DNA of 64,000 nt from positions 96,001-160,000 of the forward strand of contig CAVZQN010000008.1 of NCBI GenBank assembly GCA_963777505.1, written 5' to 3'. Below the pieces are notes generated by a model, which worked only from the letters and a program-made list of their open reading frames with translations, did not search any database and was not told where the DNA came from. The position numbers were made by a program, and so were the translations under genes. The stretch is from an uncultured bacterium. Lineage in GTDB: Bacteria > Acidobacteriota > HRBIN11 > JAKEFK01. This document shows positions 62,166 to 64,000 of this stretch, piece by piece (position 1 is the stretch's first letter; each line of letters opens with the position of its first letter).

Positions 62166-63000
62166 CTTTCCCCTCCGCTGCAGCGTCCCGCGATTTTTCG
62201 ATACTTCCGGAATGTTCAATCTTCACAAAAACATCAAATTGTCCTTTGTTATCTTCAAAGTTATTGTCATTCACTCCCAAAAATAACTGGCCTGAGGTTT
62301 CAGAAACAACAGGCGTACGCTGAAAACCGATCAGGAATGGCTTCCCCTGCTCTCCTATCTTACCGATTAACGAACAAGCATTTGATTCAGGAACGGGAAG
62401 ATTCATGTTTGCGCTATTGGGAACTCCGTCAGCAGACGCAGCATCTGGAGAACCGGAGCAATATGAAACTGAATCGTCACCAACTGTAAACCAGATCTGT
62501 TGTCCTGAACGAACCATTAGATTTGAAAGAGTCCAATTCCGTCCGGCATTCACACGCACCTGAGAAGTAATGGCATTTTTGGAAGCCGATGGGATTCGAA
62601 TTGCATCTTTTGAATTGGCAAGTTGAATAAAAATTACTTTTTTGATTTCAATTCGGTCGCGTTTAAAATCTGCATCTTCAAACACGTAGTATTTCTCATC
62701 CATGCCGATTGGAGAACCGAAGAGAATTTTCCCATCCGAAAGAAGCACACCTTCGCGTCCGGCTGGTATCTTTTTCGGGACCTCCGGCCGGAAACGCATC
62801 CAGCTGATTTCAGATCGCGAAAGCACGATCCGTTCTGGTCCTGGCTTGATACCGATGACCTTGTTTTCATCAATATGATCAAGCTTAAACCTTATTTCTT
62901 TTCCACTGATCAGTCCTACCATGACTGCAGGTCCCCGCTCTTATGAAAACAATTCAAAAGGAAGTGCAAGACTCAGGGATACGAGCACCCAGAATTTCAT
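62149..63000 (-). pseudogene. Secreted protein with C-terminal LecA/PA-IL-like domain; in-frame TAA at 62941-62943
   Basis: MKFWVLVSLSLALPFELFS*ERGPAVMVGL reads in one frame. C-terminal SLIGKIG..PFLIG..GQLFLGVND..DNKGQF. Confidence 0.7.
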
Positions 63001-63057
63001 GCTTTGACCTCTACGAAAGTACAAACTAATATTATTCGTCACAAAGGAGATTTCCCA

Positions 63058-63441
63058 GTGTCTGATTATACGGAAGATCATGCAAAATCTGGCATCAATG
63101 AACCGTTGCCTGAAATAGAGTGCTGGCCAAATCAATATCCCAGCTACGAAATTAGTGTAACCATCCCGGAATATACGGCGGTCTGTCCCAAAACAGGTTT
63201 GCCGGATTTTGGCACAATCGAAATCAAGTATGAGCCTTCCAAGCTTTGTCTTGAATTAAAGTCGCTGAAAAATTACATCAATGCGTATCGCGATGTTGGC
63301 ATCTTCTACGAAAATGCTATTAATCGCATCCTTCGCGATCTTGTGCGTGCATGCGAACCAGTTCACATGACTGTCCGCGGTGAATTCAATGTTCGCGGTG
63401 GAATGAAAAGCGTCATTGAAGCGAAGCATCCAGCACGGTAA
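63058..63441 (+). CDS. queF: NADPH-dependent preQ0 reductase (unimodular)
   Basis: CPKTGLPDF, ELKSLK, GIFYE, RGG. AAGGAG RBS before GTG 63058. Confidence 0.95.
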   Translation: MSDYTEDHAKSGINEPLPEIECWPNQYPSYEISVTIPEYTAVCPKTGLPDFGTIEIKYEPSKLCLELKSLKNYINAYRDVGIFYENAINRILRDLVRACEPVHMTVRGEFNVRGGMKSVIEAKHPAR

Positions 63442-63476
63442 TCCATTTACCGCAAAGACACAAAGTGAACTGCTAA

Positions 63477-63782
63477 TTACTTGAAGAAGCGAACGCTTAA
63501 GAGACGTCCTTCTTTGCGGGATTGGACTCTACAAATTGCGCCGCGTGCTGTGAGTTGCGATTTCTTAAACTTGCGCGATAGAGGATCATTCAGAGTAATT
63601 TTTAGTTTTATCCGCGTGCCAATGGGAAGTTCTTGTGGACAAATAAATGCACAACCTCCTGCAGAGAGGTTGGATAGTTTCGCTTCTATTTCAGAAGGGA
63701 TCCCTTTTACCTCATCCAGAAGCGTAATCTGCAATGGAAGATCCAGATGGACACGCTTCTGGCGGCGTAACTCACTGGCCAT
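63477..63782 (-). CDS. PilZ domain protein
   Basis: RRQKR and NLSAGG c-di-GMP-binding motifs. Confidence 0.9.
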   Translation of the reverse strand: MASELRRQKRVHLDLPLQITLLDEVKGIPSEIEAKLSNLSAGGCAFICPQELPIGTRIKLKITLNDPLSRKFKKSQLTARGAICRVQSRKEGRLLSVRFFK

Positions 63783-63888
63783 CGTCCTATAATTCTATCG
63801 TTCGGCGTAGACATGTACAACCCACTTTCGAAAGACTTTGCATAGTTTGCCGTTTTTGTGTTTCATATAGGGAACAAGGAGGGGGTCT

Positions 63889-64000
63889 ATGAAGAGCAGG
63901 GTATTCAGTGTGGCGGTCGCCATACTACTTTTTTCAATGGGTTGTGGTGAAGATTATTTCGCAACGCCCGAAAAAACACTCCAAAATTACGTCAAGAATC
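63889..64000 (+). CDS. Lipoprotein, N-terminal part only
   Basis: AAGGAGG RBS; MKSRVFSVAVAILLFSMGC.. stays open to the window end. Confidence 0.7.
   Translation, partial: MKSRVFSVAVAILLFSMGCGEDYFATPEKTLQNYVKN

Noticed and set aside
62941-62943. Stop-codon recoding
   Set aside because: TAA ends many genes in this window; a single CAA-to-TAA change or error is simpler.
6958-63441. 7-deazaguanine DNA-modification (dpd) system from queC + queF
   Set aside because: The genes are 55 kb apart in housekeeping context, with no dpdA/tgt paralog. Ordinary queuosine synthesis explains them, and I saw no preQ1 riboswitch.
1-64000. tRNA, rRNA, prophage or intact IS element
   Set aside because: No tRNA consensus, rRNA-like tract, integrase, transposase or phage structural gene was recognised by eye.

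Overview
Chromosomal window from a bacterium with roughly mid-40% GC (estimated by eye). The ADOP-type permease, gene content and gene order suggest an uncultured Acidobacteriota-like lineage; this is an inference. The window opens with the end of the dcw cluster (murC-murB-ftsQ-ftsA-ftsZ). Housekeeping genes follow (galT-like, queC, fmt, iscU-like, nuoJ/K/N, Rrf2, CCA enzyme, mfd, surA-like, queF, smr), together with a stand-alone error-prone dnaE2, wzm/wzt/rfaE2, a YtrA-type ABC operon and many secreted peptidases and accessory proteins. I saw no tRNA, rRNA, CRISPR array, transposase or integrase. Intergenic space carries at least four families of short repeats. The strongest lead is around dnaE2. 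It has a sigma70 promoter with a LexA-like direct repeat in the spacer and a Shine-Dalgarno separated from the start by a hairpin. Downstream lie an IVP/four-helix-bundle gene bracketed by inverted heptamer arms and a convergent short transcript encoding a 19-aa Lys-rich peptide. The 3' hairpin of that transcript is perfectly complementary over 12 nt to the dnaE2 leader. Other leads are a sigma54-driven Ala/Gly-rich translocator-like gene and a cupredoxin paired with a Cache-HAMP-Ser/Thr kinase. About eight frame disruptions, nearly all in accessory genes, may be assembly errors. All family assignments are from motif recognition only; no searches were run.
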